Below, piece after piece: positions 24,521 through 36,522 of a stretch of 64,000 nt of DNA. Origin of the DNA: Octopus vulgaris (Eukaryota). The stretch lies in NCBI GenBank assembly GCA_951406725.2, contig OX597816.1, forward strand, positions 70,866,001 through 70,930,000. The letters are read 5' to 3'. The position numbers were made by a program, and so were the translations under genes. The notes beneath the pieces are model-generated. The model was not told the DNA's origin, did not search any database, and saw nothing but the letters and a program-made list of their open reading frames with translations. How positions within the stretch are numbered: the stretch's first letter is position 1; each line of letters starts with the position of its first letter.

Positions 24521-26444
24521 AAGTTAGTAGCTGTTTCCTCCCATACTAGCAATTTATTATTAAATTCAAGAAACATTAGACTCTGAAGAAATTAGTTACA
24601 GAAAAAGTCGATAAAATGTCATACAACAAGCAGTCGAATAAGATTTTATGCCGTAAGGAAAGATAAGTCCAAGTTTCGGACCAAACACTTTCATGGGGAA
24701 AATATATTTAGTTTGTGAAGGCATTATTTTGAATGATCTGAAGGCATCTTTTGAATGATCTGAATTGAGAAACTGGCTTCGTTACACACATTTTTTCAGC
24801 AATGTGTCATATTTGCTCGATCCGTGTCGATGTGGTAATTGTGGTGATAATTTAATTCACCAACAATCTTATTATTTATTTTGTCTACACGTTTTGGCCA
24901 AATATGAAAGAGATAGATCACTTGTGTGATAAATTCGTAATGTAAAATAGCTTTGATGTAAGAAGGTTATAATTTCATCTTTCTATAGTAGCCGTATCCT
25001 TCATTTAAGTTGAGAGAGTTTATTGAAGACAAGGAAAGATTTCTAAAGGGGTAGAATTAGTTTTGAGAAAGGTGACATTCGTTTAGAGAAGTATCTTAAG
25101 AATTTCAGCAGACGCTGTAGTTGGTTAATATTGGTAGGTGTTGAGTAATCAATGAAGAAGTTGAAGCTTTTTGGATCAATTTTCAGAGAATTATTTTCCC
25201 TTTTATGATCTAACACAAGGATATTTATAAGACAAATTTTTTTTTTTAGTGCTTGTTCAATGTAAAGTTAAGACTCTTTGTAACGGAAATGGATTGAGCC
25301 ATGTTCCCATCGCGTTCCTCTGTGATTTTGGTTTCAAATTTAGCACAACGTCAGTAATTTCGAGGGAGAGGTTATGTCGATTACATCAACCCTAGTGATC
25401 AACTGGTATTTATTTTATCGATCTCAAAAGGATGAAAGGCAAAGTCGACCTCGGAGGAATATGAACTCAGAGCCTGAAGACGGACAAAATGCCGCTGAGC
25501 ATTTTACCCAATGTGCTAACGATTCTGCAAGCTCGCCGTCTTATGCTCCTCTGCAATTTTGCCAGCAACAATAATAACGTCGTCGAAATACCCATGAACT
25601 CCTGTGTTATAATTACCAGTAATTATACTATCCATCACTTTGTCTAATATGCTTACGGCATTAATTAAATGTGGAATAAACATCCGTCAGTTTGAAATTC
25701 AGTGTCATAGTGGTGTGGAATCTGTTGGTTATGATGTCTTATAATTTCTTGCAGGTAATAAAACGAGATATTGACTATTAAAAAGTGGATAGAAAGCAGT
25801 TGCGACTTATGGTTTGTGAATATTCGATAGCAGGTAGTGAGACGTCGTTGATTCGCATTATTTCTTACTCACACCATTCGTATTTTCTGGAAATAGGCTG
25901 AGAGTTCAATAATACCATAACCAAGATAGTTTTCCATAATCAAGATACTGTTTAGTCTCTTCCCTTATAGACATTCTATCAAATGAATAAAAGTAACATG
26001 TTTTAGTAGTTTGTTTGATGTATATATATTTCTTTACTACCCACAAGAGGCTAAACACAGAGGGGACAAACAAGGACAGACAAAGGGATTAAGTCGATTA
26101 CATTGACCCCAGTGCGTAACTGCTACTTAATTTATCGACCCCAAAAGGATGAAAGGTAAAGTCGACCTCGGCAGAATTTGAACTCAGAACGTAACGGTAG
26201 ACGAAATACCGCTAACCATTTCTCCCGGCGTGCTAACGATTCTACCAGCTCGCCGCCTTATTGTAGCAATTGGAAAACATTAACACTGAATATAAACTGA
26301 TGCTCTCAGATGTTGGTGCAGTACTTATATAATGTTTCCCATCCATCTTTCTAAGAGTTTAGCGCGGGGCAGCGTATCACGTGCATTGTCTTTGTAATTG
26401 AATGTAACTTTAACCACTTGGCGAGATAAAAGTAAAATGTAAGC

Positions 26445-26526
26445 CGACGGGGATGAGATTCGAACTCACGCGGGAAATTCCCAATGGATTAGCAGTCCAT
26501 CGCCTTAACCACTCGGCCACCTCTTC
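26445..26526 (-). pseudogene. trnS-GCT: tRNA-Ser(GCT) type A (cassette 3), probable pseudogene
   Basis: Acceptor stem GAAGAGG/CCCCGTC has A3:G70 and A5:C68 mismatches; A and B boxes intact. Confidence 0.75.
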
Positions 26527-29361
26527 CTACTGCGGATACTGCAACATATTTATAATTTATTACTTAATTCACCAAACTGATTCTGGAGAAATACTTTATC
26601 TGCGTTGGTAAAGAGTAACACAGAAACAACAAAGAGTAGAATACATTTTTATGACGAAGCGAATATAAGAAGTTCAATGTTTCGGACAGACCCGTTCATC
26701 GGAAAGGAATAATTTGATTGTGATTGCTTTGTTGGGTATTTTCCCAATGATATAAATTTCTTTGCTGGTTTCGGTATCTGGAATTCTCAACATTTTCCTG
26801 CGTTGAGGAAGGCTTAAATACCACACACTTGCGTTTACATCTTACATAACAGATGGTTGTACGAGAGAGCTTAATGTAATCGATCAACAGCGATGGGTAC
26901 GTTCGTCATTGCAGGCATGACTGTGTGGTTAAGAAGTGAGCTTTGCAACCACCGTGCTTTGGGGTTTCGATCAACACAACGCAACAATTTTGGGCCAACG
27001 TCGTCTGTCATATCCTCAAATTGACGGATGCCTAGCAAGAGGAATTTGATAAACGGAAACTATGCAAAAGTAAAATTGTGTGTGTGTTTGTATGTAAAGC
27101 TATCTGTTATTTGCTCCGAATTAGAACAAATGCTGAGAAACGGTAACTGGTTCGTTGGAAATCTGTGACCATCACCATTACTTTTCACCATTAACAATTA
27201 ATAAAAATAGTTATGACTGTAAGACATTGTCATAGATGCAATAAGGTTTCAACCGAACCACCATGAGATCAAATTCCGTATGAGAAGGCGGCGAGCTGGC
27301 AGAAACGTTAGCACGCCGGGCGAAATGCTTTGCGGTATTTCGTCTGCCGCTACGTTCTGAGTTCAAATTCCACCGAGGTCAACTTTGCCTTTCATCCTTT
27401 CGGGGTCGATAAATTAAGAAGCAGTTACGCACTGGGGTCGCTGTAGTCGACTTAATACCTATGTCTGTCCTTGTTTGTCCCCTCTATGTTTAGCCCCTTG
27501 TGGGTAATAAAGAAATAGGTATTTCGTCTGCCGCTACGTTCTGAGTTCAAATTCCGCCAAGGTCGACTTTGCCTTTCATCCTTTCGGGGTCGATTAAATA
27601 AGTAGCAGTTACGCACTGGGGTCGATGTAATCGACTTAATACCTATGTCTGTCCTTGTTTGTCCCCTCTATGCTTAGCCCCTTGTGGGTAATAAAGAAAT
27701 AGGTATTTCGTCTGCCGCTACGTTCTGAGTTCAAATTCCGCCAAGGTCGACTTTGCCTTTCATCCTTTCGGGGTCGATTAAATAAGTACCAGTTACACAC
27801 TGGGGTCGATATAATCGACTTAATCCGTTTGACTGTCCTTGTTTGTCCCCTCTGTGTTTAGCCCCTTGTGGGTAGTAAAGAAATACGTATGAGAAGGACA
27901 ACGTTCCAGGAATATCATTCTACAGACGATTTAGTTGGTTATTTTCTGGACATAGCAGCAACACAAATCAACGAAACAGGCTTCCATCACGTCTTGCCTT
28001 GGTATTATCAACGCATAGATAAAATTCCCCTTTAATATACAGCTAAAGTTCTCACAACACAGTTACAATTCTTCCAATATGGCTTAAATGCTCCCAACAC
28101 ATACCTTTAATCCCCTCAACACACAGCTAAAGTGTTCTGGACATTCACCTAAAACCTTCCTCTCTTCTCGAACTCGCTGAGAACTCTCCGAGACAAGTAA
28201 ATCATTCCCAACTCACAGATGATATATTAAGCGTGTGTGTGTGATCCGAAGGAAATATATTTCGATTTTCAACGAATCGAATGAGTCCTCAGTTTTTATT
28301 AGTATAGTAAGTGCCCCTTTGGTGGCAAGGTGAATCAGACAGTACCCCTTCCTGAATTTTCCGTCGAGTTATTCAGCGGATGATGAAAATCAGTTTATAT
28401 GACTGAATGTGTTTCTTTTACATTCCCTTTTACAAAATTGAAAATTGTAGCAAATTAGTTAAATCAATAAGCAAAATGAAATAGAAAAACTCCTTCTATA
28501 ATTCGTTCACTGTGACTGTGGGTTCAAGTCCAGCCATATGAACTTCATTCTCAAATGAAAACAAAGATATCATACAGCATATTAAAACTTGTTAAAGCTT
28601 TACCAACAAAGTTGTACAGTCATCCTTCATTTTGAAGTGTTTACTTCTTGATATAATGTAAAAAAATAACAGGTAACAACTCGCGAAATAAAAGAGGTGA
28701 AAAGTGTATACCAAGGACTATAGCCCTCAGAAATGTTTTCTCCTAAGGCTACACATTCAATACTAACTCTGTGGGCAGTTACACTGTTTAAAGAAACCAA
28801 TATTCTAAACAAAGTACAATTCATAAAGAAATTATATATTTTATGGTTCTTTGTAAATTTCCAGCATCTTACAGCTATCAAAATAACCGAGGAATTTTCA
28901 TAGGTACAAGCGATGGACAGTAGACTGGCGAACGAAAAGCAAAACAAAGTCAGGTTTCAGAATTACGAATTGCATATGGCCGAGAGTCAGTTACGGAAGA
29001 TATTGACACAAGTAAGAACGGAGGGAAAAAAGCTGTGACAGTGGTGATGTCGTATAAATGAAACTACAAGGAAATAGAAAATGAATAAAAAGATTGTGCT
29101 GCCCCCGTGAGAGATGTTTTTTACTTTTTCAGCAGTGTTCCAACTCCTTGATTACACGTTTACATTTCTTAGAATCATTAAACTTTTTTGCAACAACCAG
29201 CACTTGGTATAGTCTGAAAGGATGTTTAGCAGATCACGTGAGAAAACTCAGACTCAGAAGCACCGATGTTGGCTCAATGCTTATCTAATGAATTATATAT
29301 AATTTTGCATAAAATGCAACATTGCATTTGCATTGAATTAAAGATAAAAAGAAAAATGATC

Positions 29362-29443
29362 CGACGAAGATGAGATTCGAACTCACGCGGGAAAATCCCA
29401 GTGGATTAGCAGTCCACCGCCTTAACCACTCGGCCACTTCGTC
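29362..29443 (-). tRNA. trnS-GCT: tRNA-Ser(GCT), type B (cassette 3)
   Basis: Intact, same sequence as the other type B genes. Confidence 0.95.
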
Positions 29444-29928
29444 AGCCAAGTAAGTAACAAGCGTAATAGAAATTTATTGTTTAACATCTGAAATTGTAGT
29501 CTCAGAGAAATTCATTATATTATTCTTTCACTCGTTCCGGTCCTTGCATCGCAGCCATTTTTGGACACGGCCTTGCAGGGATTAACTGAACAAATGGACC
29601 CTAAGATTTATATTTTTAACATTGGTATAAATTCTATCGGTCACTTTTGCCGAACTGTTAAGTTACATGTAAGTAAACAAACCAGTACTTAATATATTAG
29701 CAATGAGGAGGGAAATACACATACACAGACATTTCCCTAATACTCAGCTTAAGACTGGTACCATTCCAGTGCTGATGCAGGCCTCTCTCTCATCAGCTAT
29801 CACGTCCTCGATATTTCGCTGAGTGAGAGGGTTGGAAGGACCCTGAGGATTTCTCAGTCTGCTCGCAACTGTAAAGTCACCCAAACAAGTAGCGAAAGCA
29901 TAGTAGATGATGTTAGGTTATGACAGCA

Positions 29929-30000
<72 letters not shown>

Positions 30001-30192
30001 TATAATCAAAATAAGCAACAAGTATATCCGAAGTAATGTGGTACGATCGTTTCATGCTACCACATTACCTCGGATATACTTGTTGCTTATTTTGATTGTA
30101 ATCGCCCCATGGATTTATATGGATAATACTCTACAAATTTCTGGTGCCTTTGACTTAAGTACCATACTCATCTGAATCTAAATTTTGCTGAA

Positions 30193-30260
<68 letters not shown>

Positions 30261-30748
30261 CCCAGTAGAACACTAGAATCAAAATAATCGGTCGACTTGT
30301 TCGCCAAACAGTTGTAATCTGTAAACAAGACCAGATGCAAAGCTTCGTCTTATTGCAGTAATAAGTATTAGAAGATTCAGATTTTACAACAATAAACGTG
30401 ATGAAAAATAAGACAGATGAACGTGTAGACACAAGACAACCAGGCTACGAAAGCGCGAATAGTGCATGGATGTGGGTAGTAAGAAAGATAGATATTCAGA
30501 AAGCACAGAAGGTAAAAAATAAAGCAGTGATGGCATGGAAGTGGAAAAAAAATGAGTAATAGGACTGCAATATGAGTACGACATTAGTTTTCTGTCCAGT
30601 CCTAGGAGCTTCTGAAATGGTTTATAGAATTCCGTCTTGGAAAGCACAAGCAGAAATACTGTCCATTCGGTCGTTGTTTATCTAATGAGAAAAATTTGTT
30701 ATTAAATGTAAGAATACTTGAGTATTGAATTAAAAATAAAGTACTGTT

Positions 30749-30830
30749 CGACGAGGATGAGATTCGAACTCACGCGGGATAATCCCAATGGATTAGCAGT
30801 CCATCGCCTTAACCACTCGGCCACCTCGTC
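30749..30830 (-). tRNA. trnS-GCT: tRNA-Ser(GCT), type C (cassette 3)
   Basis: Intact, same sequence as the other type C genes. Confidence 0.95.
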
Positions 30831-32699
30831 AAGTTAGTAGCTGTTTCCTCCCATACTAGCAATTTATTATTAAATTCAAGAAACATTAGACTCTGAAGAA
30901 ATTAGTTACAGAAAAAGTCGATAAAATGTCATACAACAAGCAGTCGAATAAGATTTTATGCCGTAAGGAAAGATAAGTCCAAGTTTCGGACCAAACACTT
31001 TCATGGGGAAAATATATTTAGTTTGTGAAGGCATTATTTTGAATGATCTGAAGGCATCTTTTGAATGATCTGAATTGAGAAACTGGCTTCGTTACACACA
31101 TTTTTTCAGCAATGTGTCATATTTGCTCGATCCGTGTCGATGTGGTAATTGTGGTGATAATTTAATTCACCAACAATCTTATTATTTATTTTCTCTACAC
31201 GTTTTGGCCAAATATGAAAGAGATAGATCACTTGTGTGATGAATTCGTAATGTAAAATAGCTTTGATGTAAGAGGGTTATAATTTCATCTTTCTATAGTA
31301 GCCGTATCCTTCATTTAAGTTGAGAGAGTTTATTGAAGACAAGGAAAGATTTCTAAAGGGGTAGAATTAGTTTTGAGAAAGGTGACATTCGTTTAGAGAA
31401 GTATCTTAAGAATTTCAGCAGACGCTGTTGTTGGTTAATATTGGTAGGTGTTGAGTAATCAATGAAGAAGTTGAAGCTTTTTGGATCAACTTTCAGAGAA
31501 TTATTTTCCATTTTATGATCTAACACAAGGATATTTATCAGAGAAATTTTCTTTTTTAGTGATTGTTCAATGTAATGTTAAGTCTCTTTGTAACTGAAAT
31601 GGATTGAGCCATGTTCCCATCGTGTTACTCTGTGATTTTGGTTTCAAATTTAGCACAACGTCAGTAATTTCGAGGGAGAGGTTATGTCGATTACATCAAC
31701 CCTAGTGATCAACTGGTATTTATTTTATCGATCTCAAAAGGATGAAAGGCAAAGTCGACCTCGGAGGAATATGAACTCAGAGCCTGAAGACGGACAAAAT
31801 GCCGCTGAGCATTTTACCCAATGTGCTAACGATTCTGCAAGCTCGCCGTCTTATGCTCCTCTGCAATTTTGCCAGCAACAATAATAACGTCGTCGAAATA
31901 CCCATGAACTCCTGTGTTATAATTACCAGTAATTATACTATCCATCACTTTGTCTAATATGCTTACGGCATTAATTAAATGTGGAATAAACATCCGTCAG
32001 TTTGAAATTCAGTGTCATAGTGGTGTGGAATCTGTTGGTTATGATGTCTTATAATTTCTTGCAGGTAATAAAACGAGATATTGACTATTAAAAAGTGGAT
32101 AGAAAGCAGTTGCGACTTATGGTTTGTGAATATTCGATAGCAGGTAGTGAGACGTCGTTGATTCGCATTATTTTTTACTCACACCATTCGTATTTGCTGG
32201 AAAAAGGCTGAGAGTTCAATAATACCATAACCAAGATAGTTTTCCATAATCAAGATACTGTTTAGTCTCTTCCCTCATAGACATTCTATCAAATGAATAA
32301 AAGTAACATGTTTTAGTAGTTTGTTTGATGTATGTATATTTCTTTACTATTCACAAGAGGCTAAACACAGAGGGGATAAACAAGGACAGACAAAGGGATT
32401 AAGTCGATTATATCAACCCCAGTGCGTAACTGGTACTTAATTTATCGACCCCGAAAGGATGAAAGGCAAAGTCGACCTCAGCGGAATTTGAACTCAGAAC
32501 GTAACGGCAGACGAAATACGGCTACGCATTTCGCCCGGCGTGCTATCGTTTCTGTATATAGGTGGGGAAATACGAGGAGAAGCTGCCAACGTAGGAACAA
32601 CTGTACAGACAATAAAAATTTTAAATGATCCTTCTAGTTCGAATGCAACAGAATCGTGTCATTGAGAAAATCCCGTTTCAGACATATATAGGAAAATAA

Positions 32700-33606
32700 A
32701 AGGAAACATTTAAATGAAACTTCTCACATAAAAATATAAATACAAAATACAGTTTGGAATACAGAACTATGAAAAACAAAAACAGACTGTTTAGACTGAG
32801 TTGCCAAAGTCAATTCGAAAATATTGCCACGAGATTCTTGCAGACTTGCTCATTTGTGAAACTGGTGACACGACCCTTAACCATGAATTCATATAGGGAT
32901 TGTAGCTCTTGCAAGTCCATTTACTTTGTGTGTCCTGGTTTTAGGGATGATTATAGAAACTGATATCATGGGTCTTTTTGACCAGCGTGTACATGAAAAA
33001 TACCCGATCTTTTGCATTAGAACAAGTTTTGTTCATTGCTGGAGTTTTGTTCAGTGCTGGACAAATAGAACAATCGTGGTAGAGGCCAGCATAAAAAAGG
33101 TGTCTTCGTGTATTGGCTGATATGTTGATGACCACAACAGTAAGGGAGTTGGACTTGCATTGGAAAGGAAGGAATCACTGGTAACCATTTGCATTTATTT
33201 GTGTAACTTTCAGAAAAGGAGCTCGGGTGATTGCTTATTCCAAGGTGTCTTTGTCGAATATGATCTGAGGAGATTCTAGAAATAAATAAATCCCTAATAC
33301 TCTCCTTTTGATATTCATTAGCAGTTGCAGCCTAAATTTTACAATGTCTCGAGAGGCTGCGTAGCATTGTGACATAAGATCCACCCAGATACAGTGTACA
33401 AGCTAAGTAGTGAAGCTTTGTGACCCTGAGATATCTGCTGAAGATATCGTAGAGTTTTCAACACTGCAATAGCTTTAGTCACCATCTGGAGGCTGAGAAA
33501 AGAACTTGCAATGTCTTTAAGTAGCTTCTGGAATTTCTGTATGAAATAAAACATCCCAGGTGGTTATTCCACTTCTGGTTGCTGTTTTAAGGACAGCAGC
33601 TAAAAC
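32700..33606 (-). pseudogene. Degenerate Ty3/Gypsy (Mag-like) gag remnant; the downstream part is duplicated at ~19030-19465
   Basis: Frameshifted LRSLSRHC..ATANEYQKESIRDLFISRISSDHIRQR and a zinc-knuckle relic H..SICPALNKT..C. Confidence 0.55.
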
Positions 33607-34307
33607 CTGCAAAAACACAGAAAATGTTTTATGAAAAAACGATCGATGGAAACTTTTACAGCATTGTAAATATTAAAGGTAGGATTATATATGTAAGCGG
33701 AGTGAGTTTCAGTTATTCAACTGAGTTTGGGAAATTCGTAAGACAGTAGTGTTCCAGTGTGTCCTCTCTGTGCATATATTTGAAGTGCTGTCAAAGTCGT
33801 GCGGCTGAAGAAATATTTCCAGTGTTTCTCTTTTTTTTTCCCTTAGTTTTGAAAATTTTTATTCAAATACTGATCTCTTCCCATCACTTCTGGATAGTCC
33901 CGGCAGCTCCAGAACTTAGAAGATATTAACCCGAGCCAGGACCCACTTAACGATTAGGTTTAGCTCGATGTGACGAGCGAAACGACCAGCATTTAGGCGG
34001 CAAAATAAACCATGAAAGCCTGTGGAGTCGAAGAGCCTATCGCAGCGACATTTCAGTTTCCCACAGACGTCCACTATTATGGCTGTATTTCACTGCATTG
34101 CAGCGTAATTTCTGATAGAGCTTGTGATAACAATGGTTTTCGAGCTGGAACAAATTGTTGTGACGAAAAACTATTACCGAGAATAAAATCGTTTTATTCA
34201 ATCAAATGTTCCACTTGAGTATTCAAAACACAAATATATGCGTGTCTGCCTTTATTACAAATGGCCAGTTGTCAGCCTTCAACCAAAATATAATTAAAGG
34301 CACCTGG

Positions 34308-34339
34308 ACCGGAAGTAAGAATAACGGTTTCCATAGCAC
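34308..34339. promoter_or_regulatory. Candidate Pol II promoter motifs: ETS (ACCGGAAGT) plus RFX-like GTTTCCATAGCAC
   Basis: Consensus ETS site next to a near X-box in non-repetitive, CpG-containing sequence. Confidence 0.3.
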
Positions 34340-34540
34340 ATGTGTTCATTAATATTTGTTACATAGCACCTTTCTTTAAGTTCAGCTTATGCAACTTTTC
34401 TAGTCGTCATAATTGTATCTGCTTCATGTAGACTTTTCACGAGTTCCGTGTAGTTCTCCGTTGCTGAAGTTGAAGGAGGGCCACTTCTATTTTTGTCATA
34501 TTCTGAGTTTTTCTACGGCGTTTCTTTTATTTTCGAGTAG

Positions 34541-34975
34541 GGATCTTTTCGATTTGAACGGCAGTTTTTTCTAGCGGTGTCATATGAAATTGTCACCCAT
34601 AATTATGACCCAAGTATCGATCTATTGCATTTCAATCTGTTTTAGGGTTACGGTTAGTTAGGTTTAGGGTTAGGGGTGGGGGAAGGGTACCTTTTTTTTC
34701 TTCAGAAATGTAAATAAACCCAATCTGTTTCTTAAACGAGGAACATATTCATACGGCACAGAATGTTTTCACCTCAATAGACGTCATTGATTGGTTGAAA
34801 TTGCAGAAATTGAAGAAAAAAACAACAACAAATATCTTACAAACCATAAAATTTTCTCAATAAAGCCAAGAGAAAAAGGTGTTTTATAAACACATTTTAT
34901 CAGTATACGAAGTTTAAAAGTGTTTAGTTATGTGGAAATTGTTTTAAAAAACTGCCGGTCAAACCGAAAAAATCC
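34541..34975. mobile_element. MITE with ~30-bp TIR GGATCTTTTCGATTTGAACGGCAGTTTTTT and internal TTAGGG-like repeats
   Basis: TIRs match with 3 mismatches; related to 5923-6894. Confidence 0.75.
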
Positions 34976-35277
34976 TCGAACTATTGTGGAACTATTGTTT
35001 CGTTGCTGTAAACTTACTACAAATTATAAAAGTTTCAGCTAAATTATCCAGCTGATCATAAAATTTGACTTGACTGTTTGTTCTTCAATATTTTATGAAA
35101 TTAATCGATGGAATATTAGTAAAATTGTATAACATTTATGTAACAATTTTTTTCTTCCTGTACATGGCATTCTACTTGATTTGTTTTTGTATATATTTAT
35201 TAATATCAATTATTTATAGCTAGCACTTTTTACAGCACAATTTTTCTTACCACCTTGGTTTATATGTCTCTCTTTCT

Positions 35278-35290
35278 TCACACACACATA

Positions 35291-35378
<88 letters not shown>

Positions 35379-35570
35379 TGTATGTATGTATGTATGTATG
35401 TATGCGTGTATGCATGTACGTGAGTATATATGTATGAATGTATTATGTACGTACGTGTGTATATATGTATGTATGTGCGTGCGTGTATGTATGTATGTAT
35501 GTATGTATGTATGTATGTATGTATGTATGTATGTATGTATGCATGTATGCGTGTGTGTATCTGTGTGTGT
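35278..35570. repeat. (CA)n-(TATG)n compound microsatellite
   Basis: Direct reading. Confidence 0.95.
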
Positions 35571-36122
35571 GTCTTTTTTGTGTGTGTGTTTGTCGCCACC
35601 CACATCGCTTGCTAACCAGTGTTTGTCTGTTAACGTTCCCGCAACGTTTTCAAAAGAGAGACCGGTCGAATAAATACCAAACTTTCAAAACCCCCCCAAA
35701 AAAAGTATTGGATTCGATTTATTCGAGTAAGCATGGCGGCACTTCAGTGGATGAAACTGACCTGAAGCCTATCAGATTAATGTTATTAACAATCCCCAAA
35801 TCCTGTCTTGTCAGTGGTTCTCAAACGGGATACAAATGACCCTTGGGCATCCATATAAAATTTTGTTGCTAAAATTTATGTGCAACAAATTGGTTATAAT
35901 TCGATAATTCTTATCAATTCTTATTTCTTCATTGCCCACAAGGGGCTAAACGTAGAGGGGACAAACAAGGACAGACAAAGGGATTAAGTCTATTATATCG
36001 ATCCCAGTGCGTAACTGGTACTTATTTAATCGACCCCGAAAGGATGAAAGGCAAAGTCGACCTCGGCGGAATTTGAACTCAGAACGTAGCGGCAGACGAA
36101 ATACCGCCAGGCGTGGCTGTAT

Positions 36123-36522
36123 GGCGGCGAGCTGGTAGAAACGTTAGCACGCCGGGCGAAATGCGTAACCGTATTTCATCTGCCGTTACGTTGTGAGTTC
36201 AAATTCCGCCGAGGTCGACTTTATCTTTCATCTTTTCGGGGTCGATTAAATAAGTACCATTTACGCACTGAGGTCGATATCATCGACTTAATAGCTATGT
36301 CTGTCCTTGTTTAGCCCCTTGTGGGTAATAAAGAAATAGGTATTTCGTCAGCCGCTACGTTCTGAGTTCAAATTCCGCCGAGGTCGACTTTGCCTTTCAT
36401 CCTTTCGGGGTCGATTAAATAAGTACCAGTTACGTACTGAGGTCGATGTAATCGACTTAATCCCTTTATCTGTCCTTGTTTGTCCCCTCTATGTTTAGCC
36501 TCTTGTGGGCAATAAAGAAATA
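36123..36522 (+). mobile_element. SINE family 1 dimer nested in the head of a family 2 SINE (36108-36915)
   Basis: Family 2 head is split GGCGTGGCTGTAT / TAAGAAGCTTGC. Confidence 0.8.

Larger units (their letters stand above)
19481..26026. repeat. tRNA-Ser cassette copy 2 (A-B-C)
   Basis: Collinear near-identical duplicate; ~400-bp private segment at 23456-23855. Confidence 0.92.
26027..33134. repeat. tRNA-Ser cassette copy 3 (A-B-C)
   Basis: Collinear near-identical duplicate; runs into unique sequence after ...GATGACCA at 33134. Confidence 0.92.

Noticed and set aside
762-30830. CRISPR-like regularly spaced repeats
   Set aside because: The repeats are 82-nt tRNA genes kilobases apart in a eukaryotic context; no cas genes.
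8887-32628. Recurrent ORFs containing RPRKDERQSRPRRNLNSE that look like a peptide family
   Set aside because: Antisense translation of SINE family 1.
34640-34680. TTAGGG-like repeats suggesting an interstitial telomere
   Set aside because: Only a few degenerate units, inside a TIR-bounded MITE.
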